Below, piece by piece: positions 1 to 10,472 of a DNA stretch of 64,000 nucleotides. The DNA is from Bacteroidota bacterium (lineage in GTDB: Bacteria; Bacteroidota; Bacteroidia; AKYH767-A; 2013-40CM-41-45), in assembly GCA_049363815.1 (NCBI GenBank), contig JBMQEM010000097.1, positions 1,925-65,924 of the forward strand, in the 5' to 3' direction. How positions within the stretch are numbered: the stretch's first letter is position 1; each line of letters starts with the position of its first letter. The position numbers and the translations under genes were made by a program. The notes under the pieces are model-generated. The model was not told the origin of the DNA. It searched no databases and was given only the letters and a program-made list of their open reading frames with translations.

Positions 1-1
1 T

Positions 2-526
2 CCTTACATGGGTGTTGGCAGAAACCTGGCTTATAAGAAAGATCTTTTTTTCAGAACCAAAGGATTTGCGAAACACAACCACATATTATCAGGAGATGAT
101 GATCTTTTTATCAATGAAAATGCTACTTCACAGAATACTTCCGTGGAATTAGACCCTGAATCTTTCACTTTTTCTGAAGCAAAAAAAACTTTTGGTGATT
201 GGTTTTCGCAAAAAAAACGACACATGAGTACGGCAGGGCATTATAAAGGCTCCCATAAGTTCTTTTTATTCATGAATTCTTGCAGTTCTCTTCTGTTCTA
301 TATGTTGCTGATTACCTTGTTAATACTGCGTTTTGAGTGGAAATTACTTTTATCTTTGTACGCAGGAATGTTACTCATACGATTACCGATTATATACTCA
401 TGCACAAAGCGTCTAAAAGAAAATGATCTTCTCTGGTCGTTTCCACTTCTAGAGATCATTCATATTGTATTGCAACCTCTCTTTTATATTGCTAACGTCT
501 TCACAAAACAAAAAACATGGAAGTAA
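2..526 (+). CDS. Glycosyltransferase family 2, C-terminal part (5'-truncated by window edge)
   Basis: Frame is open to the window edge (PYMGVGRNLAY). Contains SGDDDLF, a QxxRW-like QKKRH motif and C-terminal TM helices. Overlaps the next gene by 10 bp. Confidence 0.85.
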   Translation, partial: PYMGVGRNLAYKKDLFFRTKGFAKHNHILSGDDDLFINENATSQNTSVELDPESFTFSEAKKTFGDWFSQKKRHMSTAGHYKGSHKFFLFMNSCSSLLFYMLLITLLILRFEWKLLLSLYAGMLLIRLPIIYSCTKRLKENDLLWSFPLLEIIHIVLQPLFYIANVFTKQKTWK

Positions 527-1122
527 ACCCAAATCTCTCCGAGAAAGCACAGATCGACTATAAACTAGTCCAGATGGCCGTTAAAGGCGATCAAAAAGCT
601 TATGCGGAATTAATGCAGCGATATAAAGATTCGATCTACTTTATGCTGTTGAAGATGGTGAACAACCGTGATGATGCTGATGATTTAACGATCGAAGCAT
701 TCGGGAAGGCGTTCAAAAATCTTCATCAGTATACTCCTGACTTTGCTTTCAGCACATGGCTGTTCAAGATCGCTACGAATAATTGTATTGACTTCATTCG
801 TCGTAAAAGAAAATTCACATTCTCTATCGATAAGAATATGGAGAATGACAGCGGACAGGAAATGCAATTTGAAATAAAGTCTCCTATGTTAGATCCGGAA
901 GAGAAGATGATCAAGAAGCAGAAAGCAATCCTGATGCGCGATGTAGTAGAAAAATTAAAACCCCGTTACAAACGACTAGTTGAATTAAGATATTTTCAGG
1001 AGCGCTCTTACGAAGAGATCGCTGATGAATTAAAACTTCCTCTGGGAACAGTAAAAGCCCAGCTTTTCAGAGCAAGAGAGTTTTTGTATCAGATCCTGAA
1101 AAATCAGGAGGAGCAGATTTAG
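517..1122 (+). CDS. ECF (sigma-70 group 4) RNA polymerase sigma factor
   Basis: Region 2 motifs (DADDLTIEAF, FSTWLFKIATNNCID) and region 4 HTH (SYEEIADELKLPLGTVKAQLFRAR), 201 aa. Confidence 0.93.
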   Translation: MEVNPNLSEKAQIDYKLVQMAVKGDQKAYAELMQRYKDSIYFMLLKMVNNRDDADDLTIEAFGKAFKNLHQYTPDFAFSTWLFKIATNNCIDFIRRKRKFTFSIDKNMENDSGQEMQFEIKSPMLDPEEKMIKKQKAILMRDVVEKLKPRYKRLVELRYFQERSYEEIADELKLPLGTVKAQLFRAREFLYQILKNQEEQI

Positions 1123-1125
1123 TAA

Positions 1126-1198
1126 ATTTCGGATTTCGGATTTCTGAATGCGGATTGTGCTTACCTCAATCCGCATTCCGAAATCCGAAATCCGCAAT
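1126..1198. repeat. Intergenic palindrome built from heptamers (ATTTCGG)n / (CCGAAAT)n
   Basis: atttcggatttcggatttctgaatgcggattg ... caatccgcattccgaaatccgaaatccgcaat; the arms are near-complementary. Confidence 0.85.
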
Positions 1199-1208
1199 CC
1201 CATTTCAA

Positions 1209-1826
1209 TTGATTATTTCCGAACACTTCCCCAACCTTACCCCCAAACAATCCCTCCAATTCGCCCAACTCAAAGATCTCTATGAGTACTGGAATGAAAG
1301 GGTGAATGTTATTTCTCGACAGGATATCAAGAAGATCTATCTGCATCATGTGCTGCATTCGCTGGCAATTGCAAAATTGATTTCTTTCAAACCCGGTACT
1401 TCTGTTTTGGATGTTGGAACCGGAGGCGGCTTTCCCGGAATTCCTTTGGCGATTCTTTTTCCTGAAGTCAGATTTTATCTGGTCGATTCAATCGGTAAAA
1501 AAATTACGGTTGTAAATGAAGTGGTGAAAGGTATTGGACTGACCAATGTTTCTGCGGAAAAGAACAGGGCAGAAGACCTCAACCTGAATGTCGACTTTGT
1601 GGTCAGCAGGGCAGTTGCCCCGGTCAAGGATATCATTCACTGGACCACTAAACTGATCAAAAAAGGTGGAAATAATGACCTTCAGAACGGCTGGATCTTG
1701 TTGAAAGGTGGCGATTTAACTCAGGAAATTAAAGATTCCGGGCGGTCTGCTGATGAGTTTGAAATAAGCAATTGGTTTGAGGATGAATTCTTTGAAACGA
1801 AGAAAATTGTTTATATAACTGCCTGA
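1209..1826 (+). CDS. rsmG: 16S rRNA (guanine527-N7)-methyltransferase RsmG/GidB
   Basis: NVISR, HVLHSLAI, SAM motif LDVGTGGGFPGIPLAI, SRAVA, LKGG. Start placed at TTG 1209 because the longer ORF start (1155) lies inside the palindromic repeat. Confidence 0.93.
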   Translation: MIISEHFPNLTPKQSLQFAQLKDLYEYWNERVNVISRQDIKKIYLHHVLHSLAIAKLISFKPGTSVLDVGTGGGFPGIPLAILFPEVRFYLVDSIGKKITVVNEVVKGIGLTNVSAEKNRAEDLNLNVDFVVSRAVAPVKDIIHWTTKLIKKGGNNDLQNGWILLKGGDLTQEIKDSGRSADEFEISNWFEDEFFETKKIVYITA

Positions 1827-1851
1827 ATTTCAATTTTATAGAATAAATTAA

Positions 1852-1946
1852 AACACTAAGATCACTGAGTCTTTGGCACAAAAGCACTAACAATGAAATT
1901 ACTTCTTATCTGTGTTCTTGTGCTAAATTTTAGTGTTCTAAGTGTT
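1852..1946. repeat. Degenerate intergenic inverted repeat (9-bp units aacactaag/atcactgag)
   Basis: aacactaagatcactgag (1852) versus tttagtgttctaagtgtt (ends 1946). Confidence 0.55.
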
Positions 1947-1988
1947 GAAAATTTTGATTGATATTTTGATTGAAAAATAATTCAATTG

Positions 1989-2019
1989 TTTGGTGCATTT
2001 AAAATAAATCTTACCTTTG
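1989..2019 (+). promoter_or_regulatory. Bacteroidota housekeeping-sigma promoter of rpmH (-33 TTTG / -7 TACCTTTG)
   Basis: TTTG at 1989-1992, a 19-nt spacer, then TACCTTTG at 2012-2019, 32 nt upstream of the rpmH ATG. Confidence 0.8.
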
Positions 2020-2051
2020 CCGTCCTGTTTTTAGAGTAAATACTGAATAAT

Positions 2052-2207
2052 ATGAAAAGGACATTCCAACCTTCGACCCGAAGAAGAAAAAATAAACATG
2101 GTTTCCGTGCCCGTATGGCCACAGCTAACGGACGTAGAATCCTGTCTGCACGTCGTAGAAGAGGACGTAAGAAACTTACTGTTTCCAGCGAAAAGAACAA
2201 TAAATAA
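2052..2207 (+). CDS. rpmH: 50S ribosomal protein L34 (missing from the supplied ORF track)
   Basis: Translated by hand: [51 protein letters not shown], 51 aa. Confidence 0.97.
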   Translation: MKRTFQPSTRRRKNKHGFRARMATANGRRILSARRRRGRKKLTVSSEKNNK

Positions 2208-2229
2208 TTCTCTATACCTATTTTTGTTG

Positions 2230-2262
2230 AACGATGCCGGCATTTTGTCAGCATCGTTTTTT
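2230..2262 (+). terminator. Probable intrinsic terminator after rpmH
   Basis: aacgatgc...gcatcgtt stem followed by a T run. Confidence 0.65.
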
Positions 2263-2275
2263 ATTTGGATTCATT

Positions 2276-2362
2276 TGCGCAAAATCTGCGAGATCTGCGG
2301 GAGAAAAAACACACAGAAATTTTTTCCCGCAGATCTCGCAGAACTCGCAGATTTTGCGCAGA
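2276..2362. repeat. Long palindrome built from ~9-bp CGCAGA-containing units
   Basis: tgcgcaaaatctgcgagatctgcgggagaaaaaa ... tttttcccgcagatctcgcagaactcgcagattttgcgca; the right arm has one extra unit. Confidence 0.85.
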
Positions 2363-2399
2363 AATAAATCATGCTAAATACGAACTGCTGAATTTTTCT

Positions 2400-3212
2400 C
2401 TACGCTTTTATCAAATGTGCTATCGCAGCCAGATTTTTTTCAGAGATCAATTGATGACCAGTCGGCAAAACATGCACCGTACAATTTTTTCCTAATCCCG
2501 ATTTGAATTTTTCTCCAAGCGATGGCGGCATTAATACATCATGCTTTCCGAAGAAGAGATCGACCTTGGTGTAGTTTGCAGCAATGATCTTTTTCACTTC
2601 TGAAAGATCAGGAATAATAAAACGATAGATCATCCAGCCATTATAAACTTTATCTCTCCGCAACTGATTCTCCAATGAATATTTTAAAAAACGAATCTTC
2701 TTTTCGTCAAGTAATTTTATTTTCTTTAATCCATTTCCAAAAGCGATCAAACGCTGCGGATCTTTGATCACTCTTTCAAAAAGTTTTTTGCCGAAAAAAT
2801 TCCTGGTCACAAAACGATACATCGTTGTCGGTTTCAATCCATCCGGCGCAAGTAAGATCAAACGATCGATCCGTTCTGACATGAACTGATAAAGCGTAAG
2901 CGCAACTCTGCCACCCAGACTGAATCCCATCACATCGTATTTCTCTGCAGGAAATTTATCCATTAACATTTTGTGAATGTCTTTGAATTGTTCAATGTCT
3001 AATCCGACTTCAACAGATTTCTGCGATGCCTTGCTGGACCCATGAAAAAACAAATTCACGGAAATTAGAGTGTAGTCCGTAAGTTCATTACTTAGTGGTT
3101 CAAATTCAGTGGCTTCATTGTCAAATCCATGGAATATGATCATTTTCTTCTGACCATTTCCGTAAGTGAAAATCTCTAAAATCTTGTCGTCAAGTTGAAT
3201 TTCTGTGCGCAC
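2400..3212 (-). CDS. Alpha/beta-fold hydrolase
   Basis: FHGF oxyanion motif, nucleophile elbow GFSLG, C-terminal His (PTGHQ). Confidence 0.88.
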   Translation of the reverse strand: MRTEIQLDDKILEIFTYGNGQKKMIIFHGFDNEATEFEPLSNELTDYTLISVNLFFHGSSKASQKSVEVGLDIEQFKDIHKMLMDKFPAEKYDVMGFSLGGRVALTLYQFMSERIDRLILLAPDGLKPTTMYRFVTRNFFGKKLFERVIKDPQRLIAFGNGLKKIKLLDEKKIRFLKYSLENQLRRDKVYNGWMIYRFIIPDLSEVKKIIAANYTKVDLFFGKHDVLMPPSLGEKFKSGLGKNCTVHVLPTGHQLISEKNLAAIAHLIKA

Positions 3213-3250
3213 GGGGTGAAATTAGTCCTTTTTTTGGCACTCAGATTTGT

Positions 3251-3346
3251 TTCCCGCAGAATAGCGCAGAATTCGCAGAATAGCCGCAGAAAATTATAAT
3301 TCGCAACTGTTAAATAGCCGCCATTCCGAAATCCGCAATACGAAAT
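3251..3346. repeat. Intergenic repeats: four CGCAGA units plus a CCGAAAT-family remnant
   Basis: ttcccgcagaatagcgcagaattcgcagaatagccgcaga (3251-3290) and ccattccgaaatccgcaatacgaaat (3321-3346). Confidence 0.75.
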
Positions 3347-3411
3347 AAAAAGTCGTTCATTATTTCGTCTTTTTGTCAATAACATTCTCTATTAAGAACA
3401 AACAAAACCCG

Positions 3412-3419
3412 TACTTTTG
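3412..3419 (+). promoter_or_regulatory. -7 promoter element upstream of carB
   Basis: Exact TAnnTTTG (TACTTTTG) 54 nt before the ATG; no clear -33 element. Confidence 0.55.
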
Positions 3420-3473
3420 CCTGACTTTTTTAGCCCAAAAGGCAGGAAGTCTCTAACCTTCTAACATTCAGTT

Positions 3474-6290
3474 ATGCCAAGAGATAATTCCATCAAATCT
3501 ATACTCATTATTGGAAGTGGTCCTATCATTATCGGACAAGCTTGCGAATTCGATTATGCAGGGTCTCAGGCTTCGCGCTCACTGCGTGAAGAAGGCATTG
3601 AAGTGACGCTCATCAATTCCAATCCGGCTACGATCATGACCGATAAGGTCACGGCGGATAATGTGTATCTGAAACCACTGACACGTAAATCGATCATTGA
3701 GATTCTGGAGAAACATAAGATCGATGCGGTGTTACCAACAATGGGTGGACAAACTGCCCTCAATCTTGCTATCGATTGTCAGAAGGCAGGCATCTGGGAA
3801 AAATACGGTGTGCGGATGGTCGGTGTTGATATCGACGCCATCAACATGACGGAAGACCGTGAGAAGTTTCGTTTGAGAATGCTTCAGCTTGGTGCAGGAG
3901 TTTGTAAAGGCCGGACTGCTACTTCTTTTCTTGAAGGAAAAGAGATTGCACAGGAAATTGGTTTTCCATTGGTAATTCGTCCGTCGTTTACACTCGGTGG
4001 AACCGGCGGAGGATTCGTTCATACGAAAGAAGAATTCGATACTGCATTGAACCGTGGTCTGCACGCTTCGCCTTTGCATGAAGTGTTGATCGAACAATCG
4101 ATCAGCGGCTGGAAGGAATTCGAATTAGAATTACTCCGCGATACTGCAGGAAATGTCATCATCATTTGTTCGATAGAGAATTTTGATCCGATGGGGATTC
4201 ATACAGGTGATTCCATTACAGTTGCACCTGCAATGACACTCTCTGATGTTACCTATCAAAAGATGCGTGACCTTGCCATCAAATGCATGAATGGTATCGG
4301 AAATTTCGCAGGTGGTTGTAACATTCAGTTTTCTGTTAATCCGAATAACGAAGAAGACATCATCGTAATTGAGATCAATCCGCGTGTATCCCGTTCATCT
4401 GCGCTTGCTTCAAAAGCAACCGGATATCCGATCGCAAAGATCGCATCCAAACTTGCAATCGGTTATAACCTCGATGAATTAAAAAATCAGATCACAAAAA
4501 ATACTTCCGCTTTCTTTGAACCGACACTTGATTATGTGATCGTAAAAGTTCCGCGTTGGAACTTTGATAAGTTCGTTGGAACTGATCGTCACCTCGGACT
4601 GCAAATGAAATCAGTCGGTGAAGCAATGGGAATCGGAAGAAGTTTTCAGGAAGCACTGCAGAAAGCTTGTCAGTCGCTTGAGATAAAACGAAACGGACTT
4701 GGAGCCGATGGCCGTGAGATCCGTGAGAAAGATGAGATCCTCGACAGCTTAGAACGTCCGAGATGGAATCGTTTGTTCCATATCTACGATGCATTCAAAC
4801 TTGGAATTGGTTTTAACACAATTCAAAAGCTTACGAAAATCGATCCATGGTTCTTAAGACAGATCGAAGATCTTATTCAGCTTGAAAAAGAAATTGAAAA
4901 ATATACAGTAGAAAATATTCCGCGCGACCTTCTGATGGAAGCGAAGAAAAAAGGTTATGCCGACAGACAAGTTGCGCATTTACTTCGTTGTCTTGAAAGC
5001 CAGGTCTTCAAAAAGCGTGGTGAACTAAATATTCGCCGTGTCTGGAAACTGGTTGATACATGTGCTGCCGAATTTGAAGCGAAGACTCCTTACTATTATT
5101 CCACTTTCGATGAGGAAAATGAAAGTATCAGCTCTGATAAAAAGAAAGTCATTATCCTGGGTTCAGGCCCGAATAGAATCGGACAAGGAATTGAATTCGA
5201 TTACAGTTGTGTGCATGGTGTTTTAGCAGCAAAAGAATGCGGGTATGAAACGATCATGATCAACTGTAATCCGGAAACAGTTTCAACTGACTTTGATATT
5301 GCAGACAAACTTTATTTCGAACCGGTTTTCTGGGAACATATTTATGAGATCATTGAACATGAAAAACCGTATGGTGTAATTGTTCAGTTAGGCGGACAAA
5401 CTGCTTTGAAACTGGCAGAGAAGCTGAATAAATATGGAATAAAAATTATCGGTACAAGTTACGAATCACTGGATCTTGCCGAAGACAGAGGAAGATTCTC
5501 CACTTTGTTAAAAGATCTTGGAATACCTTATCCCAAGTTTGCTGTCGTGGAAAATGCAGATCAAAGTGTGGAGCTGTCAAGGGATCTCGGATTTCCATTA
5601 CTCGTTCGCCCTTCATATGTGTTAGGCGGACAAAGCATGAAGATCGTGATCAATGAAGAAGAACTGGAAAGTCATGTGATCAAGATCCTACACGACATTC
5701 CTGACAATAAAATCCTTCTCGATCACTTTTTGCAAAATGCCATCGAAGCTGAGGCAGATGCCATTTGCGATGGAGAAAATTCATACATCATTGGTATGAT
5801 GGAGCACATTGAGCCTGCCGGAATTCATAGTGGTGATAGTAATGCTGTTTTACCACCATTCGATCTTAGCGATGGAGTGATAAAACAAATTGAAGATATC
5901 ACTCATAAGATTGCAAAAGCTATGAAAGTGATCGGACTGATCAACATTCAGTTTGCAATAAAGGGTGAAAAGGTATATGTGATCGAAGCCAATCCGCGTG
6001 CATCGCGTACAGTTCCATTTATAGCTAAAGCATATGATGAACCGTATGTTAACTATGCAACGAAAATAATGCTGGGTGAAAACAAAGTAACAGACTTCAA
6101 ATTCAATCCTACGAAAGTTGGGTATGCAATAAAAGTTCCTGTATTCTCATTCGACAAATTCCTCGATGTAAATAAAGAACTTGGTCCGGAAATGAAATCT
6201 ACCGGCGAAGCCATTTATTTCATAGACGATCTGAACGATGAGTTTTTCCAGAAAATTTATTCAGAAAGAAATCTATATCTGTCAAGATAA
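3474..6290 (+). CDS. carB: Carbamoyl-phosphate synthase large subunit (no C-terminal MGS domain)
   Basis: [18 protein letters not shown], duplicated ATP-grasp halves (second [15 protein letters not shown]), GPEMKSTGE; 938 aa. Confidence 0.97.
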   Translation: MPRDNSIKSILIIGSGPIIIGQACEFDYAGSQASRSLREEGIEVTLINSNPATIMTDKVTADNVYLKPLTRKSIIEILEKHKIDAVLPTMGGQTALNLAIDCQKAGIWEKYGVRMVGVDIDAINMTEDREKFRLRMLQLGAGVCKGRTATSFLEGKEIAQEIGFPLVIRPSFTLGGTGGGFVHTKEEFDTALNRGLHASPLHEVLIEQSISGWKEFELELLRDTAGNVIIICSIENFDPMGIHTGDSITVAPAMTLSDVTYQKMRDLAIKCMNGIGNFAGGCNIQFSVNPNNEEDIIVIEINPRVSRSSALASKATGYPIAKIASKLAIGYNLDELKNQITKNTSAFFEPTLDYVIVKVPRWNFDKFVGTDRHLGLQMKSVGEAMGIGRSFQEALQKACQSLEIKRNGLGADGREIREKDEILDSLERPRWNRLFHIYDAFKLGIGFNTIQKLTKIDPWFLRQIEDLIQLEKEIEKYTVENIPRDLLMEAKKKGYADRQVAHLLRCLESQVFKKRGELNIRRVWKLVDTCAAEFEAKTPYYYSTFDEENESISSDKKKVIILGSGPNRIGQGIEFDYSCVHGVLAAKECGYETIMINCNPETVSTDFDIADKLYFEPVFWEHIYEIIEHEKPYGVIVQLGGQTALKLAEKLNKYGIKIIGTSYESLDLAEDRGRFSTLLKDLGIPYPKFAVVENADQSVELSRDLGFPLLVRPSYVLGGQSMKIVINEEELESHVIKILHDIPDNKILLDHFLQNAIEAEADAICDGENSYIIGMMEHIEPAGIHSGDSNAVLPPFDLSDGVIKQIEDITHKIAKAMKVIGLINIQFAIKGEKVYVIEANPRASRTVPFIAKAYDEPYVNYATKIMLGENKVTDFKFNPTKVGYAIKVPVFSFDKFLDVNKELGPEMKSTGEAIYFIDDLNDEFFQKIYSERNLYLSR

Positions 6291-6299
6291 TCAACAGTC

Positions 6300-6527
6300 A
6301 TGGTAAAGTTCATTTTAATAGTCATTGTTTTAATGTTGCTTTTCAGAGCACTTAGAAAATTCATTTTTTTCAGCGCACACAATGCCTTTAATCAGGCAGC
6401 ACAGGATTTTATGAAACGTCAGGAAGATCAGGATCGCCAACGCAAAGAAGAGGGCCGGGTATACGTCGATACCAAAGCACGTATCAATCCGAATGATAAG
6501 TTTGATGATTATGAGGAAGTGAAATAG
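6300..6527 (+). CDS. Small membrane-anchored protein (DUF4834-like)
   Basis: N-terminal TM helix, charged middle, C-terminal DDYEEVK tail typical of this Bacteroidota family; 9 nt after carB. Confidence 0.65.
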   Translation: MVKFILIVIVLMLLFRALRKFIFFSAHNAFNQAAQDFMKRQEDQDRQRKEEGRVYVDTKARINPNDKFDDYEEVK

Positions 6528-6528
6528 T

Positions 6529-6613
6529 GGTTACAGGTTTCAAGTTGAAGGTTTCAGGTTTAGTACCTGCAATCTTTAGAACATGGAACCTGAAACCTGC
6601 AAACTTTTAACCC
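6529..6613. repeat. Heptamer palindrome (AGGTTTC / GAAACCT family)
   Basis: caggtttcaagttgaaggtttcaggttt ... ggaacctgaaacctgcaaact. Confidence 0.7.
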
Positions 6614-6686
6614 TTTTCTTGAGGTTGCTGCCCCTTTCTAATACCTTATAATTTCCTATATTCGCTTCAAATTTTAAGGAAAATCC

Positions 6687-9167
6687 ATGAAAAAATACCT
6701 GCCACACGTTCTTGCAATACTGGCTTTTATTGTCTTTACTTTTCTCTTTTTCGCCCCGCTTTTGGGAGGAAAAGAACTTAAACAGTCGGATATTGCCAAC
6801 TGGCAAGGGATGTCGAAAGAGATCACTGACTTTCAGGAAAAAACAGGTGAATTTACTTATTGGACGAATTCAATGTTTGGAGGAATGCCTGGGTATCAGA
6901 TCTCGGCTGTTTATCCATTTATGATCGTAAAATATATTGATAAGATCATTACTCTGGGTTTGCCGACTCCTGCAAATTATTTATTTCTTCTGATGGCCGG
7001 TTTTTACTTTTTATTGATCACATTGGGGATCGATAAAAGAGTTGCCATCCTGGGTGCCATCGGTTTTGCATTCTCATCCTATTTTATCCTCTTTATCGGG
7101 ACCGGACATAATTCAAAAGCACATGCCATTGGATATATGGCTCCGGTCATAGCAGGGATTATCCTGACCTATAGAGGACGGATATTGCTCGGAGCTTCAA
7201 TTACAGGACTCGCCCTGGCATTGGAGTTATATGCAAATCACTTGCAGATCACCTATTATCTCATGATGATCTCTGTTCTTCTGGGAGGAGTATTTCTGTA
7301 TGAAGCTGTCATAGGAAAAAAGATCAAGGACTTCTTTAAAGCATCGGCTTTACTGGTAGTTGTTGCCGGTTTAGCTGTGGCGTCCAACATTACCAATCTC
7401 TGGGCTACCCAGGAATACGGTGAGCATTCAACTCGAGGTCCTTCTGAATTGACTGCTGACAAAGAAAATCAGACCACAGGATTGGATCGTGATTACATTA
7501 CTGACTGGAGTTATGGAATAGGCGAGACTTTTACTTTTTTGATCCCGGATTTCAAAGGTGGAGCAACTGAAGCTATTCAGACAAACAATAAGGATGTACT
7601 AAAAAGTGTTGATTCAAATTACCGGCAGTACGTCGGAAGTTTCGGTTCATATTTCGGTGACCAGCCATTTACCGGTGGGCCATTATATATTGGTGCCATT
7701 CTGGTCATGCTTTTTGTTGTCGGACTTCTGATCATTCAAGGACCGCTTAAGTGGTGGATCGTGGTATCAACTATCTTATCGATATTCTTAGGCTGGGGAA
7801 AATACTTTATGTCGTTCACAAACTTTTTTCTGGATAATGTCCCGGGATACGATAAGTTCAGGGCCGTAACTACGATTCTTGTCATCGCAGAATTAACCAT
7901 TCCATTAATGGCAGTTCTCGTGATCGATAAAATGATCAAAGAAGAAAATTTCTTTGCGACCTACCGTAAAAAACTCTTACTGGGTATGGGTGTTGTGATC
8001 GGTTTTGTATTGCTTGTAAAACTATCACCAGGTACTTTTACACGACTTTATACTGACAGGGAATATGAGCAAGTGTCATCATCTGTAAAAGGTCAGCAGA
8101 ATGCATCGCAGATCGTAGATGAATTCTTTGCTGCAGTTTCCACTGCCCGTGAAGAGATCGTAAGCAGTGATGCAGGAAGAAGCCTGATTCTACTTATACT
8201 CGCCGGCGCATTGATCTATGGATTCGCCAGATACCGGTTCAGGAAAGAATATTTTATTTACGGATTGATTGCCCTGATCGCAATAGATCTTATTGGTGTC
8301 GATAGGCGTTATCTGGATTCTGATTCTTTTGTAAAAAAATCAGTTAACAGTGCTCCTTTCCCTGAAACAGTTGCTGATCAAAGTATAAAACAAGATCCGA
8401 CGTTGAGTTATCGGGTATTGAATCTTGCAGCTAACACCTTCAATGATGCCAGCACTTCATATTATCACCAATCGATTGGTGGGTATCATGGTGCTAAGTT
8501 GAAAAGATATAAAGAGCTGATCGATTACAGACTTAATCCGGAGATGTCGTTATTGAGAACAGCTTTGCAAAAACCTGATTCTTCCTTTCAGCAAGTTCTG
8601 GGTGGACAATCAGCTTTGAATATGCTGAATGCAAAATATATTATTTACAATCCGGAATCGCAGCCTCTGGTTAATCCGGGCGCACTTGGAAATGCATGGT
8701 TTGTTTCTGAGGTGAAAGTTGTACCTAATGCAGATGCAGAGATCGCAGCTCTGAATAATTTCAATCCAAAAACTACTGCCATTGTTGATCAGCGTTTTTC
8801 GGATAAAGTTTCAGGAATAAGTGCAGTCAACGATTCTGCATCGACGATCAAACTTACATCGTATAAGCCTAATCACCTGACATATGAATCGAATTCTTCC
8901 GGTGACCATCTTGCAGTTTTTTCAGAGATCTATTATGATGAAGGTTGGAATGCTTATGTGGATGGTAAAAAAGTTGACTATGTACGTGCTGATTATGTGT
9001 TGCGTGCAATGAAGATTCCGGCGGGAAAACATCAGGTGGAATGGAAGTTTGAGCCGGAAGTAGTGTCAACAGGTGGCAAAGTTTCATTGGCTGGTTCAAT
9101 GTTGTTAATTCTCTTTTTCCTTGGAGTTGTCTACAAAGAAATTCAGTCAGCTAAAAAAGCGGAGTAG
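6687..9167 (+). CDS. YfhO-family polytopic membrane protein (GT-C fold glycosyltransferase)
   Basis: About 12 TM helices, QSDI..W.GM, WTNSMFGGMP, HLQITYY, GGYHGAKL and a large periplasmic domain; 826 aa. Confidence 0.85.
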   Translation: MKKYLPHVLAILAFIVFTFLFFAPLLGGKELKQSDIANWQGMSKEITDFQEKTGEFTYWTNSMFGGMPGYQISAVYPFMIVKYIDKIITLGLPTPANYLFLLMAGFYFLLITLGIDKRVAILGAIGFAFSSYFILFIGTGHNSKAHAIGYMAPVIAGIILTYRGRILLGASITGLALALELYANHLQITYYLMMISVLLGGVFLYEAVIGKKIKDFFKASALLVVVAGLAVASNITNLWATQEYGEHSTRGPSELTADKENQTTGLDRDYITDWSYGIGETFTFLIPDFKGGATEAIQTNNKDVLKSVDSNYRQYVGSFGSYFGDQPFTGGPLYIGAILVMLFVVGLLIIQGPLKWWIVVSTILSIFLGWGKYFMSFTNFFLDNVPGYDKFRAVTTILVIAELTIPLMAVLVIDKMIKEENFFATYRKKLLLGMGVVIGFVLLVKLSPGTFTRLYTDREYEQVSSSVKGQQNASQIVDEFFAAVSTAREEIVSSDAGRSLILLILAGALIYGFARYRFRKEYFIYGLIALIAIDLIGVDRRYLDSDSFVKKSVNSAPFPETVADQSIKQDPTLSYRVLNLAANTFNDASTSYYHQSIGGYHGAKLKRYKELIDYRLNPEMSLLRTALQKPDSSFQQVLGGQSALNMLNAKYIIYNPESQPLVNPGALGNAWFVSEVKVVPNADAEIAALNNFNPKTTAIVDQRFSDKVSGISAVNDSASTIKLTSYKPNHLTYESNSSGDHLAVFSEIYYDEGWNAYVDGKKVDYVRADYVLRAMKIPAGKHQVEWKFEPEVVSTGGKVSLAGSMLLILFFLGVVYKEIQSAKKAE

Positions 9168-9170
9168 AAT

Positions 9171-10469
9171 TTGAAGAAGGTTCTGATCATTACCTATTAT
9201 TGGCCACCTAGTGGCGGGGCAGGGGTACAACGTTCTTTGAAGTTCGTAAAATACCTGCCTGAATTCGGAATTGAACCTATCGTAATTACTGTTGATCCAA
9301 GTCAGGCAACTTATCCGATCATTGATGAGACATTGTTAAAAGAAGTCAAAGAAGAAGTACGAGTGATCAGGACACGTTCATTTGAACCTTTGAAAATTCT
9401 GTCAGCTTTGAAAGGGAAAGAGACGATTCCTCACGGTGGCTTTGCTAATAATAACAAAGAATCGATTACTCAAAAAACACTTCGGTTTATAAGAGGAAAT
9501 TTTTTTCTCCCTGATGCAAGAACAGGGTGGGTGCGGTTTGCAGTAAAAGCTGCTTCAGATGTTATAGAAAAGGAAAATGTCGATACGGTATTTATCTCTT
9601 CTCCGCCGCATAGTAGTCAACTCGTTGGGCTGGAATTGAAAAAGAAATATAAGATCCGCTGGATAGCTGATATGCGTGATCCATGGACAGATATTTATTA
9701 CTATCACGATCTGCTGCATACAAAATTTGCAGCGAAAAGAGATGCAGTGTATGAGCGGCAAGTTCTTGAGAATGCTGACGCAGTAATCAGCGTAAGTGAA
9801 CCGATCAATGATTTATTTCTTTCGAAATCTGATAAGTTGAGAAAGGAAAAATTTCATGTTATTCCGAACGGTTTTGATGAAAGCGATTTTTTCTCAGACA
9901 TAGAGGTTTCCAGAAAAGAGTTTGTATTCACCTATGTTGGAACAATTGCAGATAACTATAATCCAGGAATTGCATTTAAAGCTATTCGAAAATTCATTGA
10001 CGAGAATCCGGGGCTTAAAGTAATTTTACAGATGGTTGGAACATCCAGTTCGATCATTCAAAAATTGATCGATCAATATGGATTAAGTTCTTATACAGTT
10101 TTTATTGATCATGTCGATCATCAAACAGCTGTTAACTACATGAGATCTGCTGCTATATTACTTCTTTTTATTCCTGATATTCCCGGCGCTGACGGTATTC
10201 TCACCGGTAAATTATTCGAATACATCGGAAGTGGAAGGCCGATAGTAGGACTTGGACCTGTGCAAGGTTCTGCTGCCGCAATTCTTAATGCGTCTAACTC
10301 TGGAAAAATGTTTGACAGAAATGATTATGATCAGATTCTTCATTTTATCAATACTAACTTCAATAATTGGAAGTCTGGTATTACTGAAACTGGTAATCAG
10401 GTTACAAAATTGAAGTATACCAGAAAGAGTCAGACAGAAGAATTAGTAAAAATTTTATTAGGTCAATAA
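9171..10469 (+). CDS. Glycosyltransferase family 4 (GT-B)
   Basis: KKVLIITYYWPPSGGAGVQR, DMRDPW, IPNGFD, GKLFEY; TTG start 3 nt after the yfhO stop. Confidence 0.88.
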   Translation: MKKVLIITYYWPPSGGAGVQRSLKFVKYLPEFGIEPIVITVDPSQATYPIIDETLLKEVKEEVRVIRTRSFEPLKILSALKGKETIPHGGFANNNKESITQKTLRFIRGNFFLPDARTGWVRFAVKAASDVIEKENVDTVFISSPPHSSQLVGLELKKKYKIRWIADMRDPWTDIYYYHDLLHTKFAAKRDAVYERQVLENADAVISVSEPINDLFLSKSDKLRKEKFHVIPNGFDESDFFSDIEVSRKEFVFTYVGTIADNYNPGIAFKAIRKFIDENPGLKVILQMVGTSSSIIQKLIDQYGLSSYTVFIDHVDHQTAVNYMRSAAILLLFIPDIPGADGILTGKLFEYIGSGRPIVGLGPVQGSAAAILNASNSGKMFDRNDYDQILHFINTNFNNWKSGITETGNQVTKLKYTRKSQTEELVKILLGQ

Positions 10470-10472
10470 GAT

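Noticed and set aside
1155-1208. N-terminal extension of RsmG (MCLPQSAFRNPKSAIPFQ)
   Set aside because: It is the translation of the heptamer palindrome; TTG 1209 gives a normal-length protein.
1982-2495. ORFs 1982-2254(-), 2031-2243(-), 2098-2367(+) and 2265-2495(+)
   Set aside because: They are shadows of rpmH, its terminator and the palindromic repeat; rpmH (2052-2207) explains the region.
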